DNA from: Macrostomum lignano
Taxonomy: Eukaryota
Length of the DNA: 64,000 bases
Direction: 5' to 3'
Assembly: GCA_002269645.1 (NCBI GenBank)
Contig: NIVC01000234.1
Location: forward strand, 62,001-126,000
A program made the position numbers and the translations under genes. Below, piece by piece: positions 61,101-64,000 of the stretch; within the stretch, counting starts at the first letter, position 1, and each line of letters begins with the position of its first letter. The notes beneath the pieces are model-generated. The model worked only from the letters and a program-made list of their open reading frames with translations, was not told where the DNA came from and ran no database searches.

Positions 61101-62209
61101 CCGACAATTGGTGTCAGATAGCGCCGACAATTGATGTCAGATAGCGCCGACAATTGATGTCAGATAGCGCCGACAATTGGTGTCAGATAGCGCTTAAAAT
61201 TAAGGTCAGATGGCGCCGACAATATGTTTCAGATAGCGCCAAAAATTTGTGTCAGTTGGCGAAGACAATTGATGTCAGATAGCGCCGACAATTGGTGTCA
61301 TACGGCGCCGACAATTGGTGTCAGATAGTGCTTAAAATTAAGGTCAGATAGCGCTTAAAATTAAGGTCAGATGGCGCCGACAATATGTGTTCGATTGCGC
61401 TTATGTTACTGTTAGGTGGCGTAAAAATATCGAGAAAATTTCAGTCAATCAGCCATAGCAGACCGTCACTCAAAGACAGGAAAAAATCTGCACCCAAACG
61501 CACTTGCAGGATCATCACCTACTATTCGGCCTGCGACACCAATGCTCTCGGCTTTTGTCGACGAATCCGACCGACGCCGCCGCCGACAGACTATTTCTTT
61601 ATGTCGTTGGCGAACTTTTGCTATAACGGCGCTTTTAACGGTAGATCGACGCCCGACTTGTTTGGGACTCTGGGACTTTGGGACTCTGGGACTTTGGGAC
61701 TCTGGGACTTTGGGACTCTGGGACTTTGGGACTCTGGGACTTTGGGACTCTGGGACTTTGGGACTCTGGGACTTTGGGACTCTGGGACTTTGGGACTCTG
61801 GGACTTTGGGACTCTGGGACTTTGGGACTCTGGGACTTTGGGACTCTGGACTTTGGGACTCTGGGACTTTGGGACTCTGGGACTTTGGGACTCTGGGACT
61901 TTGGGACTCTGGGACTTTGGGACTCTGGGACTTTGGGACTCTGGGACTTTGGGACTCTGGGACTTTGGGACTCTGGGACTTTGGGACTCTGGGACTTTGG
62001 GACTCTGGGACTTTGGGACTCTGGGACTTTGGGACTCTGGGACATCGGATTCGGAGTAAAAGGTGAATGAGGCTTTCCATTTCAATTTCAGACTATCCAA
62101 CCCTGTTCCTGTGCTATCGCTCAGCAAGCAGGCGAACTTCAGATTGTTACGAAAAATTTCGATTCAACACCGACAAGCAAGCAGCTCTGAGGCGCGGCTA
62201 CGACTGCAG
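55101..62209 (+). CDS. Partial small secreted Cys-rich protein; exons 55101-55155, 60460-60619, 61510-61640, 62125-62209; 3' exons not fixed
   Basis: Signal-like exon MAQCLATVMAFCLCRLAQG|GTGAGT. Phase-compatible splicing gives GKIPPTLPVCPEEEELKVQEC...SRVCK|IITYYSACDTNALGFC...NFCYNGAFN|ASRRTSDCYEKF...GYDC; the helical Cys spacing is reminiscent of CPG4/DUF19-type domains. Confidence 0.6.
55710..56557. repeat. 14-bp array CCAGCCTGTCCTCT
   Basis: Visible array. Confidence 0.95.
57170..58660 (+). repeat. 32-bp array CTACCCAATCTACCCTGCTATCTACCCATTAT
   Basis: Visible array with 9+12+11 substructure. Confidence 0.95.
59150..60415 (+). repeat. 32-bp array GAGTAGACACAGGAGTAGATTGGGTAGAGAAT
   Basis: Visible array with 12+9+11 substructure; inverted homolog of the preceding array. 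Confidence 0.95.
60870..61385. repeat. 23-bp array GACAATTGGTGTCAGATAGCGCC
   Basis: Visible array. Confidence 0.95.
61663..62042. repeat. 16-bp array GGGACTCTGGGACTTT
   Basis: Near-perfect array. Confidence 0.95.
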
Positions 62210-62219
62210 GTGATTGATT

Positions 62220-62660
62220 GTCAGATTGTCAGGTTGTCAGGTTGTCAGGTTGTCAGGTTGTCAGGTTGTCAGGCTGTCAGGTTGTCATGTTGTCAGGTTG
62301 GTAGATTATCAGGTTGTCAAGTTGTCAGGTTGTCAGGTTGGTAGATTGTCAGGTTGTCAGGTTGTCAGGTTGTCAGGTTGGTAGATTGTCAGGTTGTCAG
62401 GTTGTCAGGTTGCCAGATTTTCAGGTTGTTAGATTGTCAGATTGGCGCTAAACTAGCTGTCAGATTGGCGCTAAACTAGCTGTCAGATTGATGCTAAACT
62501 AGCTCTCAGATTGGCGCTAAACTAGCTGTCAGATTGGCGCTAAACTAGCTGTCAGATTGGCGCTAAACTAGCTGTCAGATTGGCGCCAAACTAGCTGTCA
62601 GATTGGCGCTAAACTAGCTGTCAGATTGGCGCTAAACTAGCTGTCAGATTGGTGCTAAAC
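62220..62660. repeat. (TTGTCAGG)n followed by 23-bp array TCAGATTGGCGCTAAACTAGCTG
   Basis: Visible compound array. Confidence 0.95.
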
Positions 62661-63529
62661 TAAACTTAACTTAACTAGACTTTCTGATGGAAGTTATTGC
62701 AACCGCAACATTTTTAATTAGGCATAAAAAAGCAGCACCAACAAGAAGCGCCGGGACTAACTTTGAAAAACAAAGGTGACTTGGCAGAATGTTGAGGTTC
62801 GTTAGATAAGGAGAGAAAAAACTACAGCAAGAATGTGTCAGTCAACACTAATTTACAGAATACTAGTCGCTGCAACTTCATAATTAAGTCTGGTAAAATT
62901 ATGCTCTTAACTTAATTATTACAGTAACCATTTCAATGCTTTTAATTGAATTTGGTAGGACTGTATTTCGTAGAATTTATAAATTCAGACTGAAGGGTCT
63001 TCCATTCCAGTTGGCTAAATTAGAAGTCCTCGCGCACCACCACGGGCTAAAGGGGCGAGGATTTTAGGAAGTCCACGCGCTTATCTGTCAATTGGCTTGA
63101 CACCTTTCTCACTATCTCACACTCGGTCTGCGTGCGTTCCTTTCTCTCTCTCTCTCTCTCTCTCCCTCCTGTTGTCGCTTCTTTAATGCCAGCATCCTAG
63201 CTTCATCCAGGCAGATAGATATATAAGCAAGCAAGCGAGGTGTTCGCATACCTGACCCAAGGACAACCCAGGGATTCTTCGACAACGACGAACAGTCTTA
63301 TAAGGGCCAAAATACCTTTAACCCTCCAAGGCGTTGAAATAGATTGATGGTTTTGTGGGGGGAAACTACGATAGGAGGGGATGCTATTCAAACTATTTTG
63401 TAAGTGTGTGCACGCGCGTGTGACATTCTGTTTGACCCCTTCAAGGACATATTACTTAAGCAATTGGATTTAGAAGTCAGCGCCAGAGCGGCAACAATCA
63501 TAGTCCCGTAGAATATTCAAGGATGCAGA

Positions 63530-64000
63530 CAATATTTTAGCGCCACAGACAAGATTTTAGCGTCGCAGCCAAGATTTTAGCGCCACAGACAAGATTTTAG
63601 CGCCACAGACAAGATTTTAGCGCCACAGACAAGATCTTAGCGCCACAGACAAGATTTTAGCGCCACAGACTAGATTTTAGCGCCACAGACAAGATTTTAG
63701 CGCCACACACTAGATTTTAGCGCCACAGACAAGATCTTAGCGCCACAGACAAGATTTTAGCGCCACAGACTAGATTTTAGCGCCACAGACAAGATTTTAG
63801 CGCCACAGACAAGATTTTAGCGCCACAGACAAGATTTTAGCGTCACAGACAAGATTTTAGCGCCACAGACTAGATTTTAGCGCCACAGACAAGATTTTAG
63901 CGCCACAGACAAGATTTTAGCGTCACAGACAAGATTTTAGCGCCACAGACTAGACTTTAGCGCCACAGACTAGATTTTAGCGCCACACACTAGATTTTAG
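63530..64000. repeat. 20-bp array AGATTTTAGCGCCACAGACA, running off the window
   Basis: Visible array. Confidence 0.95.

Noticed and set aside
55618-62127. Numerous 170-520-aa repetitive ORFs
   Set aside because: All are multi-frame translations of tandem arrays lacking stops; no unique coding content.
60870-62660. CTCF-like AGATGGCGC motif arrays acting as insulators
   Set aside because: Only a partial resemblance to the motif, and CTCF presence in this host is not established; no supporting evidence in the sequence.

Overview
Eukaryotic (invertebrate) genomic DNA. GC-rich exons are separated by introns that each carry their own minisatellite, which suggests the flatworm Macrostomum or a relative (inference, not proven). 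Bases 1-16632 are a decayed Polinton/Maverick (adintovirus-like) endogenous dsDNA virus. It retains recognisable cysteine protease, minor capsid, packaging ATPase, major capsid, core/membrane proteins, a PLA2-integrase fusion ORF and a right terminus ending ...GTCTACTACT that folds into a 113-bp hairpin; no protein-primed polymerase was recognised in the window. Three younger elements are nested in it: a solo LTR, a CACTA/EnSpm-like fragment, and a near-intact Ty3/Gypsy element. The Gypsy element splits the ATPase gene with a clean GGAG target duplication but has no 5' LTR and starts exactly at its primer-binding site. The rest of the window holds spliced host genes: AMP deaminase (6 exons), Tudor-SN/SND1 (7 exons), a secreted protein with four tandem F-type-lectin-like domains, a secreted PAN-like + LamG protein, an intronless 701-aa ORF I cannot assign, and a small Cys-rich secreted protein whose exons are scattered among satellites. 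There are also two tRNA-derived SINE pieces and over 25 tandem arrays, some in inverted or related pairs. All assignments were made by eye from motifs, splice sites and reading phase; no database searches were run.
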